DNA of 64,000 nucleotides from an uncultured Spirochaetota bacterium (GTDB lineage Bacteria; Spirochaetota; Brevinematia; Brevinematales; JAOACQ01). The notes below the pieces were generated by a model that worked only from the letters and a program-made list of their open reading frames with translations, did no database searches and had not been told where the DNA came from. A program made the position numbers and the translations under genes. Below, piece after piece: positions 28,843 through 41,498 of this stretch. Each line of letters starts with the position of its first letter. The stretch's first letter is position 1. The stretch is from NCBI GenBank assembly GCA_963835575.1, contig CAWIGG010000002.1, forward strand, positions 256,001-320,000, read 5' to 3'.

Positions 28843-29931
28843 TTAATAATTGACCCGGTTTTTCCCCTGGCGCTTTCCTGTCAGCAGGGCCTGATCGGCT
28901 TTAATGACGCATTCTTCTATACCGGCCGACCCGTCAAATACCGCCAGTCCGAAGGTCATGGTCAATTTATATTTCATACGCTTATAAACATATTTGGTTT
29001 CGGCGATCTTCGCCCTCATTCTGTCCGCTATGGCGGCGGCATTTTCCAGCGAGGTCTCAGCCAGAAGTATCATGAATTCCTCGCCTCCCCAGCGTGCCAG
29101 GCTGTCCTGGTCCCTCAGTGATTTTTTCATAAAATCGGAAAGGCTTTTTAAGATATAATCGCCGCAGTCATGGCCGTATGAATCGTTGAAAATTTTAAAA
29201 TCATCAATATCGCAGATAACCAGAGAGAACGGCCGCATGGATCTTTTAGAGCGCTTTACTTCGTCATCTATCTTCTCCAGCATAAAACGTCTGTTGTAAA
29301 GGCCTGTCAGGTGATCGATCTTCGCCAGTAATTCGAGGTTCCGGTTTAAAAGCCTCATCCTCTCTTCCGCGCGGACAACGGTCCGGCTGTAATAGAAAGA
29401 AATAAACGCGATTATGGCAGCAGAGCCAGTCATATTCATGATATTAAGGCCGTGGGCCAGATGAATGTCGGGCGGGTTGAGAGGCTTAATGAGAAAACTG
29501 TAAACGAAAAGGGCGATATAAGACAACCCGTATATTCCGGTAATACTGAATTTCAACTTGGGGCTTTGCTTCGATGCGAAAAAAGCTATGGGGATAATGC
29601 AGATGATATAATAATGAAAGCCGCTTTCCCAGCCGAGGAATGTAACCGCCAGGAATGCATGGATGAGGACCTCCAGCGAGCAGACAGCCTGCGACAGGAA
29701 GTGTTTTTTATGCTGGTTCATTATGAATCCGAATATATAGAGAAGCATGCTTCCTATATTGAGAAATGAAAGAAACGGGATATTTATGATCCAGAATATA
29801 AAAAAGAATATAAAATGGCCCGCGAGGCCGACCAGTGTTCCGAAATTGAGGATCGTATAAAAGTAAACAAAATCGGGATGGATATCCCTTGTTTTAAAAA
29901 AAGACAATAGAAAACGCTTGAGCCCGCCCAT
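28843..29931 (-). CDS. Membrane-bound GGDEF diguanylate cyclase
   Basis: DHLTGLYNRR, DIDDFK..ND.YGH..GD, RWGGEEF; N-terminal TM helices. Confidence 0.92.
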   Translation of the reverse strand: MGGLKRFLLSFFKTRDIHPDFVYFYTILNFGTLVGLAGHFIFFFIFWIINIPFLSFLNIGSMLLYIFGFIMNQHKKHFLSQAVCSLEVLIHAFLAVTFLGWESGFHYYIICIIPIAFFASKQSPKLKFSITGIYGLSYIALFVYSFLIKPLNPPDIHLAHGLNIMNMTGSAAIIAFISFYYSRTVVRAEERMRLLNRNLELLAKIDHLTGLYNRRFMLEKIDDEVKRSKRSMRPFSLVICDIDDFKIFNDSYGHDCGDYILKSLSDFMKKSLRDQDSLARWGGEEFMILLAETSLENAAAIADRMRAKIAETKYVYKRMKYKLTMTFGLAVFDGSAGIEECVIKADQALLTGKRQGKNRVNY

Positions 29932-30170
29932 CCTCCCCCCTAAACTCTATACATTAGATTCAAGCATTCATTATATATTTAAAAATAATTTTGTCAATGA
30001 TGTTAATTATCTTTAATAGGAATGAGTTTTTTTGACAATTTATAAGAATATAAGCTGCCGGTTAAACGGCGGCTTTCTTATTTTACTGGACATTTATTGC
30101 TGAATCTGTATAATATTATTTGTAATAAAAAATGGCTGCTTCCCGTGAAAATTACCGGGGAGGGATTAAA

Positions 30171-30818
30171 ATGGACCGAGTTCAGTTGAACAATTATCTA
30201 TCCGGTTTAAAAACTGCAATATTTGTTATTTTTCTCATCTCTTTTTTTCTGCCGTTTCTAGGCCTGCTGAGCTTTTTTTCCTCATTTTCGGATTCCCTGA
30301 ATTTGTTTTTATTATCAAGGGTTGTCATAAAATCCGTTTTTGTCAGGGAGGATATGGCCCTGTTATTATCCGGCTCGATTTTTCTTCTGAGCCTGTACCT
30401 GACGCCCCTTCTGTATATTATTTTTTATATTATAAAGAAATATCTGAAGTTTAAACCAGTTAACACAAAAAAGGTCCTTATTGTTTTATTTTCCGTTATT
30501 TATGTTGTTTTTTTATTTAACTGCTATCTGGTTATGCCTCCCTCTTCCGTATTGATCCCTTTCGCGGCATTGTTTATTGTTCCTGCGGCGGCATTGTTTT
30601 ATCTGACAATCAGGTATTATAATCAGGCTTATTTATTGATAGAAAACAGCATGATCTGCTTTATGCACCCGGCGGTTTTCCTGCTTTTCTGGAATTATTT
30701 CACAACCAGAGGAAAGGATTATTTATTCGGCGCCTCAGTCTATTTTTTCAGCTACGCCGCGCTTTTCATTATCGCGTTAGTAGAAGTATATTTATCGAAA
30801 AATAAAAGGACACATTGA
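30171..30818 (+). CDS. Hypothetical membrane protein
   Basis: Strongly hydrophobic ORF with SD GGAGGG. Confidence 0.6.
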   Translation: MDRVQLNNYLSGLKTAIFVIFLISFFLPFLGLLSFFSSFSDSLNLFLLSRVVIKSVFVREDMALLLSGSIFLLSLYLTPLLYIIFYIIKKYLKFKPVNTKKVLIVLFSVIYVVFLFNCYLVMPPSSVLIPFAALFIVPAAALFYLTIRYYNQAYLLIENSMICFMHPAVFLLFWNYFTTRGKDYLFGASVYFFSYAALFIIALVEVYLSKNKRTH

Positions 30819-30917
30819 TCCGGAACTTTATTTCATCCTGCCGGACAAAAATAAAAGAGTCATTTACAAGGATACAGGCAGAAGAGGCGGGCTGGAAATA
30901 AACGGGAATATCGGATG

Positions 30918-30992
30918 ATCCGCTAATGCATGCGAATAATAATCTGACATCTCCAAATTTTCCAGTCTTTGCGATCTCTGCGACTTTGCGTG
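30918..30992. repeat. Half-arms of periodic REP-like elements
   Basis: TCCGCTAATGCATGCGAATA (inverted near-copy at ~60705-60724) and CTTTGCGATCTCTGCGACTTTGCGTG. Confidence 0.55.
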
Positions 30993-31114
30993 ATTAAAAC
31001 CTGATTTAACAGTCTTATTTATTCATCTAAATATGTTCAAAACCAAAAATTTACTTATTATATCTCCGTTCTTATAATAATTTTGAATTATTTTTTAAAA
31101 AGAGGAGAAGAAAG

Positions 31115-31825
31115 GTGTATTCTCTCAGGGTCAAGATCTGCGGAATAAAGGATAAAGAAATCGCCGGATGCGCTGTGGAAAGCGGGACTGACGCTCTGGG
31201 CTTTGTTTTTTATGATAAAAGCCCGCGGTTTATAGAGCCTTCAGCCGCCGGGGATATTATTAAAGGTCTCCCGCCTTTTGTGAATAAAACCGGCGTTTTT
31301 GTCGACAAAACAATGGAAGAAATACTCGCGGTTGTCGAAAAAAGCGGCATTGATACCATTCAGCTCCATGGCGAATCAGAGATTTATGATGGTCCTTTTA
31401 TACAAAAATTATCCCTGGCTTCCAGGCTACCTGTAATACTGGCAAGGAGAGTGGAAGAAATTAACGGGGAAACCCTATCGGGAATCAGAAAGGAATGGGG
31501 AGATAATAAAATCAGCGCCTTTCTGATTGATAGACTGGACAGGGCCGAATACGGCGGGACAGGCAGGCCGGCTGTCTGGCAGGAGATTACAGACAAAGGT
31601 TTAAAAAAATTTATCAGGGAGAGAATTATCATAGCCGGAGGCATTAATAGCGGCAATATCAGCGGCCTGCTGAATAAAATTAATCCTTATGGAGTAGACG
31701 TCTCAAGCGGTGTGGAAAAAGAAAAAGGCGTTAAAGATAAAATACTCATTCAGAAATTTATGGCTAAAGTAAAACATGCAATGAGCAATTGCCAGCAGGA
31801 AGATGAAGTGATCGGACTGTATTAA
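31115..31825 (+). CDS. trpF: Phosphoribosylanthranilate isomerase
   Basis: VKICGI, GFVFYDKSPR, QLHGE, GGTG, AGGI, GVDVSSGVE. Confidence 0.92.
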   Translation: MYSLRVKICGIKDKEIAGCAVESGTDALGFVFYDKSPRFIEPSAAGDIIKGLPPFVNKTGVFVDKTMEEILAVVEKSGIDTIQLHGESEIYDGPFIQKLSLASRLPVILARRVEEINGETLSGIRKEWGDNKISAFLIDRLDRAEYGGTGRPAVWQEITDKGLKKFIRERIIIAGGINSGNISGLLNKINPYGVDVSSGVEKEKGVKDKILIQKFMAKVKHAMSNCQQEDEVIGLY

Positions 31826-31826
31826 T

Positions 31827-32078
31827 GAGCAGTTCCAAAACTTGTGGTGAGTTTACAGACTGTGTGAAAAGTCAAAATTTCACCACGAAGACCACGAAGA
31901 GCACGAAGAAATAAATGGGTTAGTCAAAAATAATTGTTATTGATTGTTCAATTTTTACTGTTTCAAATATGATAAACATTAATAAAAAAGAAAGATTTAA
32001 AACTTCGTGTTCTTCGTGAACTTCGTGGTTATCACATAATCTGTTATCAAACCAGCCGCAGGTTTTGAAGAATAGCCT
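31827..32078. repeat. Four-layer nested inverted-repeat element
   Basis: Innermost CACCACGAAGACCACGAAGAGCACGAAG / CTTCGTGTTCTTCGTGAACTTCGTGGT; outer layers described in findings. Confidence 0.75.
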
Positions 32079-32112
32079 GTGGTAATTATTTTCTCTTATT
32101 GGAGGTATTTTA

Positions 32113-32535
32113 ATGAAAAAATTATTTATAGTTTTTTCCTTTATCATAATATTATCAGTCATCGGATGCGCGCCTGTTGTAAAAAAAACAATTTCCGGGA
32201 GCCGGAAAATACAGACAATTGAAGCTGAAAAGGCTTTTGATATTGTCATGAGCAACCGGAATAATCCGGATTTTATCATCATTGATGTCCGGACGCCTGC
32301 CGAATACAGCGAAGAACACTTAGCCGGGGCTATCAATATAGATTATTCATCGCCGCAATTTGAAAAAGACATTTCTTCTCTGGACAGGAGCAAAATCTAT
32401 CTTCTTTACTGCAAATCCAGCCGCCGGAGCGAGAACGCGATCAAATTATTCAGGGAAATGGGTTTTCTTGAGGCATACCATATTTTCGGCGGGTTAAACG
32501 AATGGGCCAGGAAAGGCTATCCTGTTGTAAAATAA
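32113..32535 (+). CDS. Rhodanese-like domain lipoprotein
   Basis: IIDVRTPAEY..EHLAGAINI, YCKSSRRS, GGLNEW; lipobox VIGC. Confidence 0.88.
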   Translation: MKKLFIVFSFIIILSVIGCAPVVKKTISGSRKIQTIEAEKAFDIVMSNRNNPDFIIIDVRTPAEYSEEHLAGAINIDYSSPQFEKDISSLDRSKIYLLYCKSSRRSENAIKLFREMGFLEAYHIFGGLNEWARKGYPVVK

Positions 32536-32672
32536 TGAATTAACCGCCAATCTTTTCCATTATTATTTGTCCTTTTTTGTTTAACTTTTCTGTAAAAATA
32601 TGTTATAATATAAGCGATTAAAAGCTTGTTTTTGCAGCGGTATGTTTATTAAGTCAATAAGAGGGAGGGGAC

Positions 32673-34643
32673 ATGAATAGAGAAGTGAATTATACTGCCC
32701 AATCCATAGCCGCGTTGAATTATCCGGATGGGATCAGAAAAAGGCCGGATATGTACATCGGCGACAGGGGTGCGGACGGCTTTCACCATCTGGCCTATGA
32801 AATTATTGACAATTCCGTTGATGAACATCTGGCTGGTTATGCCAAAAATATCCGTGTTTCCCTGCTGGAGTCCTGCCTGCTTGAGGTGGAAGACGACGGA
32901 CGGGGCATACCGGTCGACCTTCATCCCACCGAAAAAGTTTCGGCCATAGAAGTCGTATTAACAAAGCTCCATTCCGGCGGTAAGTTTGACAGGAATTCAT
33001 ACCGGGTTTCCGGCGGTCTGCATGGCGTCGGACTGTCTGTCGTTAACGCGCTTTCCGAGTACCTTGAAGTGGAAGTCTTCCGCGACGGCCAGCAGTATAT
33101 GATCCGTTATGAAAAAGGATTGAAAGCATACAATCTTAAGGTTTTAGGAACTTCGAAGAAAATCGGGACAATCGTCCGTTTTCAGCCCGATCCATCCATT
33201 TTTCAGACGCAAAAGTTTTCCTCCAGCGCTCTCGCATCGCGTCTTCGTGAAATAGCTTTTTTAAATCCCGGCCTTTGCATTCTTTTTGAAGACCGCCTCA
33301 CTGAGGACCCGGACAAGCCGGATACTTTTTTAACACAGAAATATCAATATGAAAGCGGTATTATTCAATTCATTAAAAATGAGCTGAACAAGGATTTTGA
33401 AGTGATTTTTCCCGAGCCGATCCGAATAGAGGGCTCGCAGGAAGGGATAGATGCGGAGGTCGTTTTCCAGTACAGGAACAGCGGCGACGAACCCGAGATC
33501 TACAGCTATGTCAACAGTATTCACACAAAAAGCCATGGCATCCATGTGGACGCGTTCTGGATGGCGTATGAAAAAGTAATGCAGAAATTCGCAGTCAGGC
33601 TCAATCTGGACAAAAGGGCAGAAAAGGTTGATAAAAAGACGCTGGCCTTCGGCTTGACATGCGTCATTAATACGAAAATCCCGAATGCCGAGTTTAAAGG
33701 GCAGACAAAGGATAAGCTGACCGAGCCGGTTGAGGCCAGGACCATTATCCGGGATATACTGGAAAAAAGTTTTTCCATCTTTTTTGAGAAAAATATCGAA
33801 CTAGCGGAAGAGATTGTAAAAAAAGCCATTCTCGAGCTGAAGGCTCTCCAGGAAGCGGAAAAGGCGCGGGAAGGCGTCAGAACAGGCCTGGGCAGGGGAA
33901 AGCGCGGCACAGCCGCTATTATCGCGGGCAAACTGGCCGACTGTTCGACGAAAAAGCGGGAACTCAGGGAGCTCTTTATCGTGGAAGGCGATTCCGCCGG
34001 CGGTTCGGCAAAACAGGGCAGGGACAGGGAAATTCAGGCGATTCTGCCTCTCAGGGGTAAAATCCTTAATGTTGAAAAGAAACTGGAAAAAAGCGCCCTT
34101 AATTTAATATTGGCCAATGAGGAAATCAAGACGATGATCGCTGTCCTAGGCACGGGTTATTATACAAATTTCGATATAGAAAAGCTCAATTATCATAAGA
34201 TCATCATAATGACGGATGCGGATGTCGACGGGGAACATATCAAGACGCTCCTATTGACATTCCTGTACCGCTTTATGCGGCAGCTGATCGAGAACGGCAA
34301 TGTTTTTATCGCCCAGCCGCCCCTCTACAGGATTTCCGCTGGAAAAACCGTTGATTACGCCTACAGCGACACGGAAAGGGATACCATGATGAATAATAAA
34401 TTTAAAGGCATGAAATACGATATTCAGCGGTATAAAGGATTGGGCGAGATGAATCCCGACCAGCTCTGGGAAACAACGATGAATCCCCTGTCCAGAAAAA
34501 TGGTCCGCGTTTCAATAACCGACTTTGATGAGGCCGAAAATATGATCAAGATACTGATGGGCGATGATGCCAACAGCGGCGATAGAAAACGCTTTATCCT
34601 TTCGAACGTGAATTTTGTCACGAATGTGGATGATATCGGGTAG
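32673..34643 (+). CDS. gyrB: Type IIA topoisomerase B subunit (GyrB or ParE)
   Basis: EIIDNSVDE, DDGRGIP, GGLHGVG, VEGDSAGGSAK, PLRGKILN, MTDADVDG, RYKGLGEM; gyrB vs parE not resolved. Confidence 0.8.
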   Translation: MNREVNYTAQSIAALNYPDGIRKRPDMYIGDRGADGFHHLAYEIIDNSVDEHLAGYAKNIRVSLLESCLLEVEDDGRGIPVDLHPTEKVSAIEVVLTKLHSGGKFDRNSYRVSGGLHGVGLSVVNALSEYLEVEVFRDGQQYMIRYEKGLKAYNLKVLGTSKKIGTIVRFQPDPSIFQTQKFSSSALASRLREIAFLNPGLCILFEDRLTEDPDKPDTFLTQKYQYESGIIQFIKNELNKDFEVIFPEPIRIEGSQEGIDAEVVFQYRNSGDEPEIYSYVNSIHTKSHGIHVDAFWMAYEKVMQKFAVRLNLDKRAEKVDKKTLAFGLTCVINTKIPNAEFKGQTKDKLTEPVEARTIIRDILEKSFSIFFEKNIELAEEIVKKAILELKALQEAEKAREGVRTGLGRGKRGTAAIIAGKLADCSTKKRELRELFIVEGDSAGGSAKQGRDREIQAILPLRGKILNVEKKLEKSALNLILANEEIKTMIAVLGTGYYTNFDIEKLNYHKIIIMTDADVDGEHIKTLLLTFLYRFMRQLIENGNVFIAQPPLYRISAGKTVDYAYSDTERDTMMNNKFKGMKYDIQRYKGLGEMNPDQLWETTMNPLSRKMVRVSITDFDEAENMIKILMGDDANSGDRKRFILSNVNFVTNVDDIG

Positions 34644-34653
34644 GGGAATAACG

Positions 34654-34770
34654 GCCACGGAATTTCACAGAATGACGCAGAATTCGGAGCTATTGGAAAG
34701 CATCATGGCTTCCTTTTATAGCTCTTTATCAGGCGAATTATTTCAGTATATTTCCGTGAAATTCTGTGGC
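34654..34770. repeat. 9-bp-periodic inverted-repeat element (CACAGAA type)
   Basis: GCCACGGAATTTCACAGAATGACGCAGAA ... TTTCAGTATATTTCCGTGAAATTCTGTGGC. Confidence 0.8.
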
Positions 34771-34843
34771 TGAATTATTTGATTATTTTTAACGCCTGTC
34801 TTATAATATTGACCTTAAATACCGGATTGAAACGGAGGATTCT

Positions 34844-35035
34844 ATGTCCAGAAAATGTGATGTATGCGGAAAGGGGCCTTTATACGGAAATAACGTTTCT
34901 CACTCACATAGAAAAACCAGAACGCGCTGGGAGCCGAACCTGAAAAAGGTTAAAGCCATTGTAGACGGTAATGTCAAGCGCATGAAGATCTGCATGGATT
35001 GCCTTCATGCCGGCAAGGTTAATATTACTTTCTAA
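34844..35035 (+). CDS. rpmB: 50S ribosomal protein L28
   Basis: [10 protein letters not shown]...[16 protein letters not shown]. Confidence 0.96.
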   Translation: MSRKCDVCGKGPLYGNNVSHSHRKTRTRWEPNLKKVKAIVDGNVKRMKICMDCLHAGKVNITF

Positions 35036-35064
35036 AAGAGTTTTTGATATCAATCCAATATGAT

Positions 35065-35097
35065 AAAAAGGCGGCGATTTGTATCGCCGCCTTTTTT

Positions 35098-35099
<2 letters not shown>
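35065..35099. terminator. Bidirectional intrinsic terminator between rpmB and purA
   Basis: AAAAAGGCGGCGAT-TTGT-ATCGCCGCCTTTTTTTT. Confidence 0.9.
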
Positions 35100-37400
<2,301 letters not shown>

Positions 37401-37411
37401 AATGGGATCCT

Positions 37412-39007
37412 TTAATTCTTATCTTTTTTAAAAACAACATAAGAAAACGCGCCGAAGGAGATCAAAGATAATAAATAGGGAAATAAAAAGCCGAACTTGA
37501 CATATATGGTTTCAATATTGTCATTAATTAAGGGAACATCACCGACATATAAGCCCCTCTGGTAATCGCCGATATTGCCGGAAAAGCCTCCCGTGACATC
37601 AATAATCCCGGTTACCCCGGTATTGGCGGCGCGTGCTATGGGTCTCCTGACAGATATGGCGGTGAGGGTGGCCCCGGCAAGGTGCTGCCACATAGGATGC
37701 CGGAAACCCTCGAGATACGCCCAGCCGTCATTTGTGGAATTAATAAAGTAATTGACCCTTTTCCTGATAAATTTTCTGGCTAATTGCGCATAAAGGTCCT
37801 CATAGCAGATCAGGACGCGGAAGCGTGATTTTCTGCCCTGTATGACATTATAGTTTGTTGAAGGCGTGTAGGATCCGGCGCCTTCGATATTCATGATGTC
37901 TTTTACAATCGGGAGTTTGTCATAAACCGGCATCCATTCCCCGAACGGCACAAGGTGGATTTTCGCGTTTCGCTGGCGGGTATTGGCGGCGGGATCCAGG
38001 TAATCCGCTGTATTGTAGTTTTTTTCATTGACCTGGTCCGGGCTGGTAAATAAAATAGGAATATTGAATTCCCCGGGCATTCTGACATAACGGAGGTTCA
38101 GTATGTTCACTTCCTCGTCCGGGCTTAATTTATTCAGGTAATACCAGACATAATGCTTGACCATGGTTTCGCTCCAGACGATCATGTCCGGGTTCTGGAT
38201 GGCTGCTTCCGCGTTAAGTTTCCACATAATGCCGTAGTTTTTCCAGCGGTCTCTCCAGTAATCCGGGTCCCTGGAAGGGCTGTTCGGCTGAATAAGGGCC
38301 AGTTTTTCCTTGGGAGAAATATGGGATAAATACTGGTAAGAACGGTATTGGATTAAGCCGTATATTAAATTCAAAATAAAAAGACCTGAAAACACTCCGA
38401 TCTTGACCGCGTTTTTTTTAAAAGCTTTGCTCACACTGCCCTTTTCAAAAAGAGCGCAGAAAACGTCCGCTATGACAGAATTAGCCAGAAGAATGAGAAA
38501 GCTGATGCCCCACACGCCGAAAAGGTCCGCGCTTTGTATCAGAACTGAATATTTCCATTGGGAATCCCCTAAAAAATTCCAGATAAGACCATGAAAACCC
38601 GCGGACCTGAGAAGTTCGCTGGAAACCCAGATCATCGGGACTAAAAGATAGCGCCATTTTTTCAGTTTTTTTCCTATTAATGCAATGCACATAAAAAAGA
38701 AGGCATAATAAACGGCATAAAGAGGGATGATCAGGAATAAAGACGGGAACCAGAAACCGTAAATCCAGAAAAAAGTCAGACTGAAAAACAGGATGCCGTA
38801 AAAAAATGAATAAGCCACGGTCAGATAAACCGGCCGTAAATAGGCGAAAGCGAGAACAGGAATAAAAATAAACCAGACGGTAAATGAAAGATTATAAGTG
38901 GGATAAGCAAAAGCGTAGAAAAAAGCCCAGAGAAGCCAGAGGACATTGTCTAATATCAGTCCGTAAACCGACCTTTTTATTTTAATATTCACCCAAGAGC
39001 ACCTCAT
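37412..39007 (-). CDS. lnt: Apolipoprotein N-acyltransferase
   Basis: IQPN, VWSE, KIHLVPFGEW, LICYED, TNDGW, RAANTG. Confidence 0.92.
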   Translation of the reverse strand: MRCSWVNIKIKRSVYGLILDNVLWLLWAFFYAFAYPTYNLSFTVWFIFIPVLAFAYLRPVYLTVAYSFFYGILFFSLTFFWIYGFWFPSLFLIIPLYAVYYAFFFMCIALIGKKLKKWRYLLVPMIWVSSELLRSAGFHGLIWNFLGDSQWKYSVLIQSADLFGVWGISFLILLANSVIADVFCALFEKGSVSKAFKKNAVKIGVFSGLFILNLIYGLIQYRSYQYLSHISPKEKLALIQPNSPSRDPDYWRDRWKNYGIMWKLNAEAAIQNPDMIVWSETMVKHYVWYYLNKLSPDEEVNILNLRYVRMPGEFNIPILFTSPDQVNEKNYNTADYLDPAANTRQRNAKIHLVPFGEWMPVYDKLPIVKDIMNIEGAGSYTPSTNYNVIQGRKSRFRVLICYEDLYAQLARKFIRKRVNYFINSTNDGWAYLEGFRHPMWQHLAGATLTAISVRRPIARAANTGVTGIIDVTGGFSGNIGDYQRGLYVGDVPLINDNIETIYVKFGFLFPYLLSLISFGAFSYVVFKKDKN

Positions 39008-39131
39008 TTTTCATATTATACAATTAAACCGGATTTTACTCAATCGGAAAAAAGTTGTTTTATAAAAATGATTTTTGCATAGTCGGCTGGCCCGGGAAAA
39101 CGGACAGGGACTAAATTCTATATAATATATT

Positions 39132-40760
39132 TTAAGATTTTACACGGTTTCTCCTGCGGAGGATTATAACTATTCCCGGCACTATATAGGCTATAAATAT
39201 AATTATGGCAATAAACGAAAGTAATCTTCGTTCGGAAGTTGTAAGCAGGAAACTTGTATTCTCTGTTGTTTTCGGGCGTATGGTAATATCCGCTTCCCTT
39301 TTCAGCAGATAATTTATTGAATTAAGAAATAAATCGGAATCGGCGCCGACGTCGTAGTTCGCGTTATTGATAAAATCGCTGTCGCCGAAAACAACCATTC
39401 TCGATTCGATGACATTGGTATCTTCCCCGGTCCTGGTCACGGAAATATTGGTCTGGATCTTTCTTACAGCGTAGGCTAAAACAAGCGGGCCTTTTAAATC
39501 GTTTTTATCCTGACTGACAGAGTTTTCTTTGATTTCCTTCAATGATACTTCGCCGTAAGAATTTTTTGAGGTTTTAAGTAAAGGCGAAATCATATAGCTG
39601 TCCTTAGATACCCTGTCGTTTTCCGGCAATTCAAGGATCCCAACCGCTGTAGGCATTGTGACGCCGATGTTATTCCTGATAATGGGCATGGTGATTTCAT
39701 GGGGAATAATTTGAGGGACGATCTTTGTTTTCCCGTATTCCGGCATATAATCTTCGTCTTCGACAGCGAGGTTCTGGATATAGAACAGGCCCATCTGCCG
39801 CAATATATCATTGATAGTTATATGACTTTCAAATTCCAGAAGGACAAGAACGCTGCCGCCCTGCCGGATATAATTGTCGACTTTGTCCAGTTCATCAACG
39901 GAAAAAGAATGCGTCGGGTTGCCGATGATGAGAAGGCTGCAGTCAGCCGGTATGAGGGGCGTTTTCAGCAGATTCAGATAGCCGACCTTGAAATTTTCCT
40001 CCGACATCTTTTCTGTTATTCCTGAAAATCCCCTGTCGCCTGAATCGGAGGGATTAATTTCACCATGGCCCTGAAGGATATAAATATTTTGAGGCTTGCT
40101 CAGAATAAGGTTTTTAATAGCGCCGGTGTATGCCGCTTCTCCTTTATAAGTGATCTTGCCTGATTGAGGATCGCTCGAATAGATCTTTTTTATGCCGACA
40201 TAGGCCCTGTTGCCCTGGTATTCAAAAACCACCGTGCCGTTCTCTTTAATATTATACTCATTGGCAAGCGCCCTGTTCTGATTAGGATCGGCTGTTGTGA
40301 TCTGGATCCGGCCGTTTTTTTCCGAGTATGTTTTCAGCATGTTGCCCTGGTAGTCAAGAATGAAATCGTTCCTGTCGGAGGGTTTGAAATAAAAGACTTT
40401 CATCTCGTTTGTGACGCTTTTTAAGACATTAATTGTTTCTTCCGAAAGGCTGTAAAGGCGCGAGGCTGTCAGGTCAATTTTCCAGGAAAGTGAATTGGAT
40501 AATAAATAAATGAAAATCAGTATTCCGATGATGATGATCAGCTGGACAATTTTATAAATGCCTGTCAGGGTTCCTGTTTTATGTAATAGTGCCAATAATT
40601 CTTTGTAATTTAATGCGGTATATCCGAGAATGACTGCCGCGGTCACTCCGAAAAGAATCCGGGTCACAACGGCATAAAAACCCATAATGATGTAAAGAAT
40701 AATTGACGCCGATAAAAAGCCGAGAATCAGGAAGAGTACTAAGGCCTTCCATTTTTTCAT
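39132..40760 (-). CDS. GldG-like ABC transporter auxiliary component
   Basis: DLT....YSLS.ET, GHGE, VVFGDSDF, FLNSINYL. Confidence 0.85.
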   Translation of the reverse strand: MKKWKALVLFLILGFLSASIILYIIMGFYAVVTRILFGVTAAVILGYTALNYKELLALLHKTGTLTGIYKIVQLIIIIGILIFIYLLSNSLSWKIDLTASRLYSLSEETINVLKSVTNEMKVFYFKPSDRNDFILDYQGNMLKTYSEKNGRIQITTADPNQNRALANEYNIKENGTVVFEYQGNRAYVGIKKIYSSDPQSGKITYKGEAAYTGAIKNLILSKPQNIYILQGHGEINPSDSGDRGFSGITEKMSEENFKVGYLNLLKTPLIPADCSLLIIGNPTHSFSVDELDKVDNYIRQGGSVLVLLEFESHITINDILRQMGLFYIQNLAVEDEDYMPEYGKTKIVPQIIPHEITMPIIRNNIGVTMPTAVGILELPENDRVSKDSYMISPLLKTSKNSYGEVSLKEIKENSVSQDKNDLKGPLVLAYAVRKIQTNISVTRTGEDTNVIESRMVVFGDSDFINNANYDVGADSDLFLNSINYLLKREADITIRPKTTENTSFLLTTSERRLLSFIAIIIFIAYIVPGIVIILRRRNRVKS

Positions 40761-40772
40761 AGTCGCTGCACC

Positions 40773-41477
40773 TCATTTCCATGTTTTGGATTCTATTATA
40801 GTCTTGGCGGTAAAAAGGCAGGCAAAAGAGCCGATCAGAAAGTACAGGATATCTTTTAATTTTATAAGCCCGGTGGCGAACTGGTAATAATGATTGGAAT
40901 AAGACAATTCTTTTAGAAAATTGGAAAGCGGGTTGTCAGCGGAATTGGCGAAAAATGAAACAATCATAAAAAGGAGAATGAAAAGCAGAGACATCAGGGC
41001 GGCCACGACATAGTTGTCCGTCAGGGAAGAGGCGATCATACCCAGGGAAGCGAAAAGGATAGTTGAGAAAAGTATTCCCAGGTAGCCTGAAATAACAGAG
41101 CCCCACTCGATAGTTGTGTAAAAGACAAGTATGAGAGGGTATAAAAGCAGTATTGTATTAGCGATGAGGGTGAAAGTAAAAACGCTCAGGAATTTACCGA
41201 AGACAATCTGCCATGATGACACAGGGGAAGTGAGAAGAAGCTCATATGTTCCCAGTTTTTTGTCTTCCGCCAGAAGCCGGATGGTCAGTATGGGTATAAT
41301 GAAAAGGGAAACTGTGTTCATATCGGAAAAAAACGAGGAAAAATCGCTTGAGTTCCTGTCGCCCAGGAAGTATCCATGGAACAGGATTACAGAAAGGACC
41401 AGGTAAACGCCCATGACCATATATCCCATCCAGGAAGTGAAGTAAACCTTTAATTCCTTCTTAAAGATCGCAATCAT
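40773..41477 (-). CDS. ABC-2 permease (GldF-like)
   Basis: IFKKELK.YF, LLAEDKKLGTYELLLTSP, GKFL. Confidence 0.88.
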   Translation of the reverse strand: MIAIFKKELKVYFTSWMGYMVMGVYLVLSVILFHGYFLGDRNSSDFSSFFSDMNTVSLFIIPILTIRLLAEDKKLGTYELLLTSPVSSWQIVFGKFLSVFTFTLIANTILLLYPLILVFYTTIEWGSVISGYLGILFSTILFASLGMIASSLTDNYVVAALMSLLFILLFMIVSFFANSADNPLSNFLKELSYSNHYYQFATGLIKLKDILYFLIGSFACLFTAKTIIESKTWK

Positions 41478-41498
41478 ATCAAATTCTCCATAATGTTG

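Noticed and set aside
30053..30160. Hairpins upstream of the GGDEF and membrane-protein genes as a c-di-GMP riboswitch
   Set aside because: Only simple stems; GEMM consensus motifs not seen.
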